Source: Neoconidiobolus thromboides FSU 785
Taxonomy: Eukaryota > Fungi > Entomophthoromycota
Length of the DNA stretch: 64,000 nt
Direction: 5' to 3'
Assembly: GCA_025603075.1 (NCBI GenBank)
Contig: MU626276.1
Span: 1-64,000, forward strand
The notes under the pieces were generated by a model that did not search any database, was not told the origin of the DNA, and was given only the letters and a program-made list of their open reading frames with translations. This document shows positions 39,128 to 51,482 of the stretch, piece after piece. The position numbers and the translations under genes were made by a program. Position 1 is the stretch's first letter; every line of letters starts with the position of its first letter.

Positions 39128-39768
39128 ACCATTTAATGATAAATAATCTATTGAATGCCCCTTCTCCCCCATCATGATCCTTTACAATTGATCTATAATG
39201 CTTATCTTAATGCTTCTTATGGTTTGTTATGCAAAAAAATATATATTATAAATAAAATTATTATTGATAGAAAATCAAATGTTTAATTGAATATTTTAAA
39301 ATAAGATTATTTATTTGAATTGAGTAAAAGTTTAATAAATTAAAGTTATAGTGAACAATTCACTCCTATTACATCGAATCATCTTCTAATAACCAAATTG
39401 CTGACAACTCTATTGTATCCATACCTTTCTGCTCCTGGATAATGTTGTAGAAATTAAAGCTACTCAAGTCTAAATCAGATGATGTCAAATTGGTCAATTT
39501 CTCAGTTTTTCATTGGTTCCCCTCTTCTCTTACTTCATAGCACTCATTTCACTTATTTAGTCTTTTGTATTTTTAGTTAGGACTAACAATAAACCAACCA
39601 GAAGTCTAACTCCTTCAAGATTTTAAAAATAATAATAAACACTAAAGAATTTGTTAAAAATTTTAAATTTTATGCTGAATAGAAAATGAAAATAAAATAA
39701 ATATAAAAATAAATTTAATCAAATTAAAATATTTAAAAAGATGAGAATTTAAAAAACAGAACTCTATC

Positions 39769-42085
39769 TCATAGAGCATCAAAATTAATATGATGAATAG
39801 CTTTTTTTCGATCCTTTTCATCTTCTCTCTAAATAAAATAAAATGTCATTAATATATAAAATTCAGTTATAACAATAAATAAATAATAATTTACCCTTTC
39901 ATGCCAATTTAATAAAAGAACTAATATGGTTAAAATAGCCATTGAAATAATTAAAGCCAATAAAACAAATTTAGCATATTGCGATGGATTAATAAATAAT
40001 ACTCTTGTCCAAGAATCAGTTGATTGATCCGTTTGATAAGGTAAGATAATTAATTGAGAATTAGGTATTACACCTGACCAAGAAGTATAATATTTTTTCT
40101 AATAATTAATAGGCATGAATATAAAGGTATAATATAAATATAATATATATATATAATAAATTAAAAATAACACTTACTTGTCTATTCCTTGAAGATCCCA
40201 CCATTAGCATTTGTAAATAATTATTAGTTCGTCCTAATCCAATCAAATTATATGGATTTCCACTCATTCTATAAGCGGATTGAGATAATTGAGTTACCAT
40301 ATTGCCCCTTGTATTACCATTAGTATCAACTACTGTAAATTTAATACTTGCTCCTATCATATTTACTCCATATGGACTAATACTTTGATTAAATTCACAT
40401 GTATTAGAACAAACTCCATTAGATACTATTGTTTTTAAAAAAAAGGCATCATTAGGGTAAATATTAACTAAGGTAGTTAAATGTAAATTATCGGATTTAT
40501 CAATACTAGTTAATAACAAATCAAATGTACCCTAATAAAAATAATTAATTAAATATATTATATGTTATATATGTTAACTTACATCTTCAAAAAAATCAAA
40601 CCAATCTACTTTAATAATACTTTGGTCTTTAATTAGTAATGGATTTTTATATTTAAATGGCGGCAAATAATATCTTCTATTTAAATTGATTTGTTGTTCA
40701 TTACAATGTTTATTATCACAAGGAAAAGATTGTAATATAATAGGTTGAGTTTCTTCTTTTTTATTTTTTAATATAAGTAACAAATCTGGATAACCGTCCA
40801 AATTATAATCCCCGATATTAATACTTATTGGATAATTTAACGTCTTTGATTTAATAAAGTTATAGCCTTTCAAATAAGGATAAATATCTTGATGTTGTTC
40901 GTATATATTTTGAATATCAATTTCAAAGTTATTACTATCATTATTGTTATTGAAATCTAATTTAAAATTCTCGTCTTCAATACACATATTTTCTTGTGAT
41001 CTACAATTTGTTGTTATATATAAATTACATAATTTCATTTGTTGATTATAAATTATTTTAATTTTACAATTTTCCTTATCACATATAAAATAAATCAAAT
41101 CTAAATTACCTTGTCCTAAAGTATCAGAGAATTTAATCATATTAATGTTTTTAGGTAATTTGTCTGATTTAATTAATTTAAATGAAGCTTCATTATCATT
41201 CATTGTTACTTGATTTTTCCAAATTTGATATTTTTTTGAAGAATCTTTTTCTTCACAAACAATAAATAAATCAGCTAAACAATCCCCATCCATATCAATA
41301 AATCCATTACTATGTGGTGATGAAAATAAACACATTTCTTTATCTTTATCTTCTTTATCTTTATCTTCTTCTTGTTTTATTTTATTTTCGTTATCTTTTT
41401 TTGGTTTTAATGTAAATTTATTTAACTTTATAACTTCAAATAAATTTTCTTTATTTTGTATGTTTTCTTTACCGTATTCTTCCATAGCTTTGTTTAACCA
41501 AACTACTAATTCTGGTTCTTCTTGTTGATTATTGTTAGGTAAATAACCTAATAAGTCTGGTTTCATATCACCATTATAATCAAATATAAAAGGTTGAATT
41601 AAATTAGAATTTGGTAAATTAATACTTTCTTCAACTAATAATATAAATAATATAATATAATAATATTAATAAGTCTTACCAAATCCAGTTCCATGATTGT
41701 TTAATATTATTTTTAATTCCAATTCTTTTTTATCATCATTTTCAGTAACCATTAATATATCTAATAAACCATCATAATTCCAATCAGCTGCCATAATATT
41801 TAAAATCTTTTTTTCACTTTTTATATCGAATCCTGTGGCTTCTTCATAAATTTTGCTTTTTGAATTAAACAACAATAATTTCAATTCTAACTCTTTTTTA
41901 TTAATTAATATTAAATCCATATATTTATCATTATTAAAATCTCCTTGAGATATAACATCGTAATTATTATAATTATTAAGGTTGAGATTTGAAGGGATGG
42001 GTTGAAATCTTATGGCATTATTGAGATCTTGGGATAAAACTTGAAATATCAAAGTTATTGTAGATAATAAATATTTTAAATACAT
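39769..42085 (-). CDS. ITFG1: ITFG1/TIP/LINKIN FG-GAP repeat type I membrane protein (multi-exon)
   Basis: Signal peptide; FG-GAP Ca-loop motifs GDFNNDKYMD, DWNYDGLLD, DYNGDMKPD, DMDGDCLAD and GDYNLDGYPD; GLGRTNNY; TM helix. The last exon encodes REDEKDRKKAIHHINFDAL*, the conserved LINKIN cytoplasmic tail. Confidence 0.93.
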
Positions 42086-42293
42086 TTGACCTGAAATAGT
42101 TTAAAAAATAATAATTCCACTTTTATTTATTTTTCTAAAACTTAGTGGCTATTCTATTTTGCCAAAAATTCTATTTTGAAATCACGAAAACTAAAATATA
42201 TTAAAAATCAAATAACTTGATTAGAATCTATATTTAATAATTTTATTAATAATAATACTGCTCTTCTACTCTATTTTTATCTAACGATAAGCT

Positions 42294-43738
42294 TTACAAC
42301 TCACCAACAAATTCTAAATTCATTGGGACTTCTGATTTCAATCCCATATTCTCTAAATATTCTTGATTCCAAAACTTCGATCCATGTCTATTACCAGAAT
42401 CACACAATAAAGTCACAATGGTATGTCCTGGTCCCAATTTTTTGGCCAATCTAACAGCAGCAGTACAATTGACTGCACTTGAAGACCCAACAAAAATACC
42501 TAAAATTCAACAAAAAAAAGTTATCCATTTAATAAATATTCGACTATCATTTTAAAATGAATTTTAAATAAAATTACCATCTTTCTCCATTAGCCATCGA
42601 CTCATATCTACTGCTTGTTGATCACTAACTTTGGTAGATAAATCAATAGTATTTAATGCTTGATTGAAGTTTTTTGTTAATCGTGTGAGCCCAATACCTT
42701 CTACTAAAGTATCAATTTGGTGTCGAGTTCTTGTACCTTCAGCCAATACTGAAGTATATAAGGTATCAAATTGAACTTTATTATGTAACCCAGAACCTTG
42801 AGGATCAGCAAGGACGGTTATAATATTGCTATTTTGAGATTTTAAATAGGATGAAACACCAGCTAAAGTACCACCAGTACCTTTTAATTTAAAATAAATA
42901 AGCTGTAGTTGGATCATCATAATAAATAAAAATTTAAAAAATTAACTTACCAGCCCCAGCTACAAATCCATGAATTTCACCCTTTGTTTGTTCCATTATT
43001 TCTGGTCCTGTACTTTTTTTATGTACTTTTAGATTGTCTAGATTTTCAAATTGATCTACAAAATAACCAAATGGATCTTTTTGTGCTCGTTTTCTTGCTA
43101 TATTAACAAAATGTCCTGGATCGACTATGGATGCTGGTCGAACTTTTTCTACAATTGCTCCTAATGATAATAAGGATTGATATTTTTCTATTGCCATATC
43201 ATCAGGCATTACGATATAACATTGATAGCCTCGAGATTTGCATATAAGGGCGAGAGAAATACCAGTGCTTCCAACAGTGCCTTCATAGATCGTGTAATTG
43301 GAATGTGGACGAATGAGCTTCGATTTTTCAGCGGAGAGAATAAGCCCTAATGCTACTCGATCTTTCGGGCTGCCACCTGGGTTGAGGTACTAGTTTTGAG
43401 AAATTAACTCTTAAATTGAAATCAAAGAAATTTATTAAATGTTTACTTCTGCTTTTGCCTATAGAAAATAATGGAAAATATTAATTAGCAATCAATTAAT
43501 AATATGAAATAGCAATAATAATAATAATTACTAATATTTTACAACCAGTTGCTTCAGATAAGGATTTTATTAATACCATTGGAGTATTTCCAATTAAATC
43601 TTCGATGCCATGTTTTATTTGTTTATTATTAGATGTAATATATTTTCCAGTGATAAATTTATTATATGCTTCATTGGTCACATAGCCAATTATTAGTCCT
43701 AATATTAAATAGGTAATATTTTGTTGGGAAGTAGTCAT
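42294..43738 (-). CDS. PLP-dependent cysteine synthase-like protein (MCY1/cys12-type, N-terminal membrane anchor), multi-exon
   Basis: IGNTPMV; KIL|AKAE|YLNPGGSPKDRVA (PLP Lys); EGTVGSTGISLA; DQFEN; GTGGTLAG; EGIG; VGSSSAVN. Stop at 42294-42296. Confidence 0.93.
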
Positions 43739-43986
43739 TGATTTATCCTATTAGAATTTGAAATATTAAAAAAACAATATTGTTTTTTTGAGTCTGAAAA
43801 TAAAAAATAGTAAAAATCGAAATTTAAGAATTAGAATAGGAGTATACAGAATTTAAATGTCACCATTTATTCTCAATATAATAACAATAGTTAAGAATAA
43901 AATAAAATTACAAACTGTTCAAAATTCATATTAATTCTTCTTTTATATATTATCTATCCATCTAATTATTTATATCTTCTATATTT

Positions 43987-46312
43987 TTAAATCTCTTTTC
44001 CAAGTATTTTATGACGCCTTAAATATTTAGCTAATAGCATTAAAGAAGATGGAGAAACACCTGGTATTTTTTTAGCTGCACCCTATTAAAATTAAAATTA
44101 AAATTTATATCATATAACATTAAAAATTATTATTAAAAATATTGATCTTACCAATGTACTAGGTTGTAATTTGTTTAATTTTTCACTATCTTCTAAAGAT
44201 AAATTCAATCTAAAATAAAAGCAAATTAATAATTAATATTATGAATATACTAAATATCTCATTGTAAATAACTTACACTTTATAATCCATATCATTAGGA
44301 ATTAGTAGACCTTCATCTTTTAAATAAGCTTTTAATTCTATTTCTTGCTTTTTAACATAAGATTGATAAATTCCTATTGAAAATAGAAAACTAGATTAAT
44401 ACCTAATCATCTTCTAATTAAAATCAATAAAGTTACCTTCAATCCTAGCCGACTCAATAACTCTTTTTGAATATTTATTCAACAAATCTGGAATCACCTT
44501 TTTTTCATTTAATAATTCTAAACTCACTTGACTATTCTCTAACATTTTAAAAGCGGATTTAAGGGTACCATCTTGTGCCATTTGACATCTTAATAAATTA
44601 GTCCATTTGGATGGTGTATATTCTATCTTTTTTAATCTTTCTAATAATTCCTCTAATGACTTCTCATCCTTTAAAAATTTATTATAACGATCCTTCATCA
44701 CCGCTCCACACTGATATCCTTTTCTAGTTAATCGAAAATCTGCATTATCTGCTCTTAAAGTTAATCGATATTCTGCTCTAGATGTAAACACTCTATAAGG
44801 TTCTTCTACTCCTTTAGAAATTAAATCATCAATTAAAACACCAATATACCCCTCTGCTCTAGTAATTATTAATGGGGCTTTGTTTAATACAGTTAAACCA
44901 GCATTAATCCCTGCAATTATTCCCTGAGCTGCTGCTTCTTCATAACCAGTAGTACCATTGATTTGGCCTGCTAAATAGAGTCCAGTAACTTTTTTGATCT
45001 TTAAGGTGGTATCTAATTGTTTTGGATTAACATGATCGTATTCTACACCATAACCAGGCCGTATCATTTGTACATTTTCTAGACCTTTAATTGTTTTTAA
45101 CATCCTTAATTGTTCACTTTCTTCCATAGTCATTGAGATACCATTTGGATAAATTAAATTGGAATCTAAACCTTCAGGCTCTAACCATATATTATGACCT
45201 GTTTTTTCATGAAATCTTAATACTTTTGATTCTATACTAGGACAATACCGTGGGCCCCTTACGTCTTCTCTAATATGAATATTTTTAGTCAAATTATCTT
45301 TAATAACTTGATGAGTATTTTCATTGGTTCTAGTTTGATAACAAACAATTTGTTGATCTTGTAAAGCTACTTTATCTGTTAAATAAGAAAATGGTGTAGC
45401 TGGATTTTCTCCGTATTGTGGTATTAATTCAGTAAAATCAATACTTTCTTTTAATAATCTTGGTGGAGTTCCAGTTTTCATTCTAGCTAAAGATAAACCA
45501 ATTCGATTTAAGGTACTTGATAAGCCAACACTAGCATCCTCTCCCATTCTACCCGCAGGATAACTTTTTAATCCAATATGAATTTCTCCATTTAGGAAAG
45601 TACCTGTTGTTATAACTACACTTTTACAATTGATAATTTCCCCATTATCCAACACAACACCAGTAATTTTTTTATCATCGGGACTTAGCATTAAATCCTC
45701 TACCCCAGCTTGTAATAAATTTAAATTGGGATAGCTATTTAATATTTGTTGCATATGTTTTTTATATAATTCACGATCAATTTGGGCTCTTGGTCCATAA
45801 ACTGCTGGTCCTTTAGAGCGGTTTAAAACTCGAAATTGAATACCAGATAGATCACTTACTCGTCCACACAACCCATCTAAAGCATCAATTTCACGTACTA
45901 AAATACCTTTGCCCACCCCACCAAATGAAGGGTTACACGACATTTCACCTGAGAAATAATGGGATGAATTTTTCATATAAAAAATAAAAGAGAGAGAAAA
46001 CTTACCTATTTTTGATAAATCTTTTGTAATTAATAATGTTTTTGCTCCTACTCTAGCTGCAGCTGCACATGCTTCACTACCAGCATGCCCCCCTCCAATC
46101 ACTATCACATCATAATCGCATGGGCCGAGAGTACTACTAGGTTTATCCAATCCATTATATGACACATGTTTGGCATTCGAATTACTACTTGTAGTTATAT
46201 GATGTTTTAAGGATTTGTTGTAATTGATTAAAACATTAGTTGGCTTTGGTATTGAGTGAAGAGTAGATTTGATTGGTAATCGATATAGTTTGGCTAACTG
46301 CTTTAAATACAT
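43987..46312 (-). CDS. MTO1: Mitochondrial tRNA U34 modification enzyme Mto1 (MnmG/GidA family), multi-exon
   Basis: Basic presequence; [11 protein letters not shown]; [13 protein letters not shown]; NRSKGPAV; KTGTPPR; GPRYCPSIE; [17 protein letters not shown]; RAEYRL. There is an in-frame intron at 45949-46005, and further exons continue to TAA at 43987. Confidence 0.97.
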
Positions 46313-46522
46313 CTTCGTGGTTGATAAGAATGTAAAAAAACGAGATTTGAAATTACAAAATTTTGTTCAGCTTTAGTTTACTAAGTGGTACAAAAATTTC
46401 AAGAATAAAAAAATAAATATAAAATTCATATTTTTAAAATTTATTAATCTTTTAAAATATATATATGTATTCTATTTAACAACAAAATCAAACTTACTTA
46501 ACAGAATTAATAAATCATCGTC

Positions 46523-47725
46523 TTAAAATGACAATACCAATTCATAAGCCATTAAAGCAGCTCCATTGGTAGGAAATGACCTCAATAATGCTGGTAAAAA
46601 TCCACGATAAAAACCTTTTAAACCTTGAGTATTATAAACATATTTAAAACAAGACAGTACAGTTGGATACAATGGTTTAGTTGTATTGATATTTTGACTC
46701 ATCATTCTATTTTTTACTACATCTAAAAATAAAATAAAATAAATGGAGAATTTGATTGAAAATCCTTAAACTTACCTGCTGGGAAAGCGAAACACCAAAA
46801 GGTGGTGGCCGCTACACCACCTGATATAAAAGGTATTAAAACTTTAAAATCGGTATGTTCATTTTTCAATTTATCACTTGTAAACTGATAAGTTGGCCAA
46901 AATAAAGCAAAATAGGATCGAAATAATAATGTGGAAAAAAAGCCTTTCCATAATCCGAAGACACCGTATTTGGCTATTAATTGTTTACTACAATCAATTG
47001 GACCTTTAAATTGCTTATTTTTATTGTCATATTGTATTTGTAAACGGGCTTTTATCTAGCAAAAAACAAATTAGAAAAAAAGAGAAAAGAGGAAAAAGGA
47101 AATAAGAAAATTAAATTACCTGCTCTACTGGTGTAGATATTAATGAAGAAGTCCAACCACCAACTAAATAAAATGAATTTAATACACGTAAACAGACTCC
47201 ATGCTATATCTTCTACTTACCAATTCCAGCATAAGCATCCATTAAGTACCCTTTGTTTTCCAATCCCTTAACATTTTTACTTAACCATCTTTTAGTTGCC
47301 GTATAAGTACCTGCTTGCATTGAATCAATAATCGCCCAACCTACTAGAGGTGGAGTTGATCCTTTATATAACGCTAGTATACCTTCTTTTTTTATTGTTA
47401 ATTTTAAACAATCCATTGGACCTTGGAAACGTCCATTTAAATTTTCGGTTTGTAAACGAACTTTGATGCTATATTAAAAAGGCAAAAATAATTAATACAA
47501 CTTTAGTTGATTGTTTAATGATATTAATATCTAGTTTACGTGTCAAAGGGATGGCCTAAAAGAGATTAGAAGATTAGTTAATAAATATGAAAATAGAAAT
47601 AAGATAATTTTACCTACTAACATTTTGGTTGTACCTGAAGCTATCCCAGCACAATAACCTTGAATTGTATGTTTTAAATCGCTACTTTCTTTATTTGTCA
47701 CTGTTGTTGTTTTTGAGTTTGACAT
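46523..47725 (-). CDS. Mitochondrial carrier, Ymc1/ornithine-carnitine-like subfamily, multi-exon
   Basis: GHPFDTIKVRLQ (split by a micro-exon); GPMDCLK; LYKGSTPPLVG; TPVEQ|IKARLQ; GFYRGFLPALLRSFPTNG. Confidence 0.92.
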
Positions 47726-47950
47726 TGTTTTTAAATAAGATAAATGAATAAATGGATGAGAGTGACTAGTTTTATTTGAGTTTCTTAGGTGGATTTCAAG
47801 TATAAAATTAGGTGACTCATTAATTAGATTTATAATTTCGAATTTCGAACTATAGCATTAAAATTATATAGGGATGCCAAAATTGGTTTCAGAATTTATC
47901 TAAAAATTAATCCAAATTTAAGTTTTTTAAATCTATAAGTCCTTGATATA

Positions 47951-48051
47951 TGGGAGTGTTTTTTTTAACTTCATTACTTTTTCCATTTTTTAAGTACTAT
48001 TTAAACGGAAAATTTGTTAGTAAAGTTCTTAAACACAAAAATATATCCCCA
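47951..48051. mobile_element. MITE-like foldback element, copy F
   Basis: TGGGAGTGTTTTT...AAAAATATATCCCCA, flanked by TA/TA. Confidence 0.85.
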
Positions 48052-49120
48052 TATGATTAGTTAAATTTAAAAAGCTTGAAGTTGAATAAGAAATTTAATT
48101 TAAAAGACTTTATTTTTTTAGTTATATACTTTATACTATTTTTATTAAATGTTTAATAGATATAATATATCTATATAGCTATTTGACTATTTTTTATTGA
48201 AATGAAAACGGAATCTATATTTTTATAACTAAATTTTGATATAATAAAAAACACATAATATAAACATTATAATTTATTTCCATTAATTCTAAAAATTATT
48301 TATAACTTGAAGTTTGTAATGTTCTTGTGAAATCTGGTAGTCAGAGTTTGGAGTCAAAAACAGCTATTTCTGGGTTGAGTACACTATAAGTCGAAAGGTC
48401 TTAGTTTATGTGACCAAGATAGACTTGAGTTATGAGGAATAGCACGTAATAGGTTACAAGCTATATAAGACAAATAGAATAGACAATATTAATGTAAAAT
48501 CTACGTAAAATACTATTAAGAAAACTTAGTGGCTTTATTAAATGCTCGAGATATCAGGGAATATTCAGTTAAAAAGCCTCGAACTACTATACTCTGTAAA
48601 CTCTTTTATACTCTGAAAAGTATAAATATCAGAATGAGAGGATAATATTCTTTTGGATGGAGCTAGAAATTCTCATAACAAATCAAAATAAGAACATGGG
48701 ATTGATTTCCTCTGAACTCAAGAACACAACAGCTTAGGCGATTGTTATGTTATAATTAACCATAGGACTGACAAAGCGATATTTCACAAAGATACAAAGT
48801 ATTAGAAAATGTTTATATTTTAAACATAGCAATAAATCATATTATCTAGTAGCTGATAAATTAAAAAAATGATATAATTTTATTTAAAGTTACGAAGTTT
48901 GTAAAAAATCAGAAAATTAACTCTACCTTATAAAAATAATTGAAAATTTAAGCTTTGACATTTTTTAAACAATCAAGTAGTTTGTTAAATGATAGAAATC
49001 AATTATCAAATGTCAATATTATTTAAATTATTGATAACTAAGTTGATAAAGAGTTAAAAAGCAATTAATTGTAACAGTAAGTAAAAGTTGTTATTATATT
49101 ACTTGTATTATATAAACATA

Positions 49121-49219
49121 TGGTGATGTATTTTTTTGTTTAAGAATTTTACTAACAATCTTTCTACTTAAACAGCGCCTAAAAATGGAAAAGTAATGAA
49201 ATCAAAAAAAATATCCCTA
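49121..49219. mobile_element. MITE-like foldback element, copy G
   Basis: TGGTGATGTATTTT...AGCGCC...AAAAATATCCCTA, flanked by TA/TA. Confidence 0.85.
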
Positions 49220-49597
49220 TATTTAATTGTAGTTTTAAGGCTAACCATTCCTTTTTATCCAGCTATTTATTGACTTGGTAATATATCAATAATATAGTTA
49301 TAATATTAAACTTGTTTATTTATTTATTTAATAACAAGTATTTTTTAATAAGTTTTTATAAAATATGTGTTTATTTCCATATTGCAATTTTAATTAGCAT
49401 TAATATATAGATTATATTAGTAAAAACCTTGCTAATATAGTAATTTCTATCAAATTTGGTAGGAATTCTGCTAATTTATAATATAAACTATAATAAAATT
49501 GAAACTATATCAGCAGATACTTTTGCTTTTTAATGAAAAAAATTGATAAAAAAATGAAATTAATTTAAACATCTCTACATATAGCACATATAGTATA

Positions 49598-49698
49598 TGG
49601 GGTTGTTTTCTTTGGTTTCATCACTTTTTCCATTTTTTAAGCACTATTTGAGCGGAAAATTTATTAGTAGAATTCTTAAACAAAAAAATACATCCCCA
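49598..49698. mobile_element. MITE-like foldback element, copy H
   Basis: TGGGGTTGTTTT...AAAAATACATCCCCA, flanked by TA/TA. Confidence 0.85.
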
Positions 49699-49723
49699 TA
49701 TGTTTTAAAAACATTATTAATAT

Positions 49724-49825
49724 TAGAGAGTGTTTTTTTTGATTTGATTGTTTTTTCTATTTTTTAAACGTTATTTAAGTGGAAAATTTGTTAGTAAAAT
49801 TCTTAAACAAAAAAATACATCCCCA
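49724..49825. mobile_element. MITE-like foldback element, copy I (tandem, 25 bp after H)
   Basis: TAGAGAGTGTTTT...AAAAATACATCCCCA. Confidence 0.8.
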
Positions 49826-50619
49826 TTAGATAATAGAATAAGTCAAATATTAAAAAAAATTAATTGAATATGATACAAATTTAATAACTTTATTTAAACT
49901 ATAAAACAGTATGAAAAAAGTAATATTAAAAATATAAAATCCAAAATCCGAATAAAGTATTAAATAAAATTTACAATTTATTAAAAAACCAAATATAAAT
50001 AATAAAACAATAATAAGGATCATATTAAAGTTTAAAAAAAGCTAGAATTATTATAAAAAATATGAAATTTATAGATAAAATAAAAACATGTCCATTAGAT
50101 AGCTTTTGTTTTTAGTTATTTTTATCTTAATAAATCTTTTTAAATAATAATATCTTATTTGACTTTTATTTATGCAAGGAGACTTAATTTTAATTTTCAT
50201 TAGAATACAGTTTCCATTTAGTTAGATTTAATATCTAAAAAAACAAAAGATAAGAATTCGTTTTATAAAAATAAAATTTTATCCCTTAAAGGCATTACGT
50301 CATTTTAAAATAATTCATCTGTGAATCTTTTCGACCAATTAAATACATTAGTCTCACTCTATAAAAGCAAATATGCCATTTATTGTATTCTGGAAGGACT
50401 ATCAACTTTAACTCAACTGGGAGTAATTTAATCAATTAGCTTTAACTTATAATTTATTTCTATTATTCAATGCTATTAAGTTTGAAAAGCTAGGGTTAAC
50501 TATTGTCCACCGGTAAAAATAGCTTTGTATGACGTATTGTGTTGTATTAAGAATCCTATAGTTTATAGATATTAAATATTATAATTTTATATTTTGTGAT
50601 TAGACTAATTAAAATTATA

Positions 50620-50718
50620 TGGGAGTGTTTTTTTTTACTTCATTATTTTTTCCATTTTTAAGCGCTATTTAGCGGAAAAATTGTTAGTAAAATTCTTAAA
50701 CACAAAAATACATAGCCA
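50620..50718. mobile_element. MITE-like foldback element, copy J
   Basis: TGGGAGTGTTTT...AAGCGCTATTTAGCGG...AAAAATACATAGCCA, flanked by TA/TA. Confidence 0.85.
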
Positions 50719-51385
50719 TATAATACTAATATAGCATTTATTTAAACGAAAACAAATTTACAATATTAAATACTAGAGGTTTTCAATAGACTATTAAAAA
50801 GCAAAACTGGCTATAGCTTGTATAAAAGATCTATTTAAATTAAGATAGTAAATAGCTTTAGTTCAGTTTCAAATAGTTTACATGGAAGCAGCTTATTCAA
50901 ATTATGTATATGTAGATATTTCTGCAGACCAATCTACTTTGGTATGTCAATTGACACTACCTTCTATATGTAAATTATTGTATTTTTACAACCCTCTGTT
51001 CTACTAAATGAAAACCTTTATTCTTTTTTGTGAATACTTTGCTGTTTTATTTTAAACATACTTTATTGATAATATTATTACTGTCCATTATTTTTTATCT
51101 GAACTCTGTGTCTGTTCTTTTTTTAAAGTTGTTATCCAATATGTGTTAAATGATCTGATTTTTCTGTTGTTCACAATATCTCTTTTAATTGAATAATATA
51201 AGCCTTGAAATAAGTTAATTTTAGTTAATAAAAATAACTTCATATTATTCAAATCAAGTCAATAAAAGTATCATCCAGATGTATATTTAATAAATATCTT
51301 GGCTTTATATTTAAACATTAATCATCCGAAGAAAATTAGGTTGATAGTTTTTAAATATACTGTACTTTTATGTCAAAATAATATT

Positions 51386-51482
51386 TGGGGATGTATTTTT
51401 TTGTTTAAGAATTTTAGTATAATCTTTTCACTTAAATAGCGCTTAAAGGATGGAAAAATAATGAAACTAGAAAACAGCCCCA
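51386..51482. mobile_element. MITE-like foldback element, copy K
   Basis: TGGGGATGTATTTT...AGCGCT...AAAACAGCCCCA, flanked by TT/TT. Confidence 0.85.
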
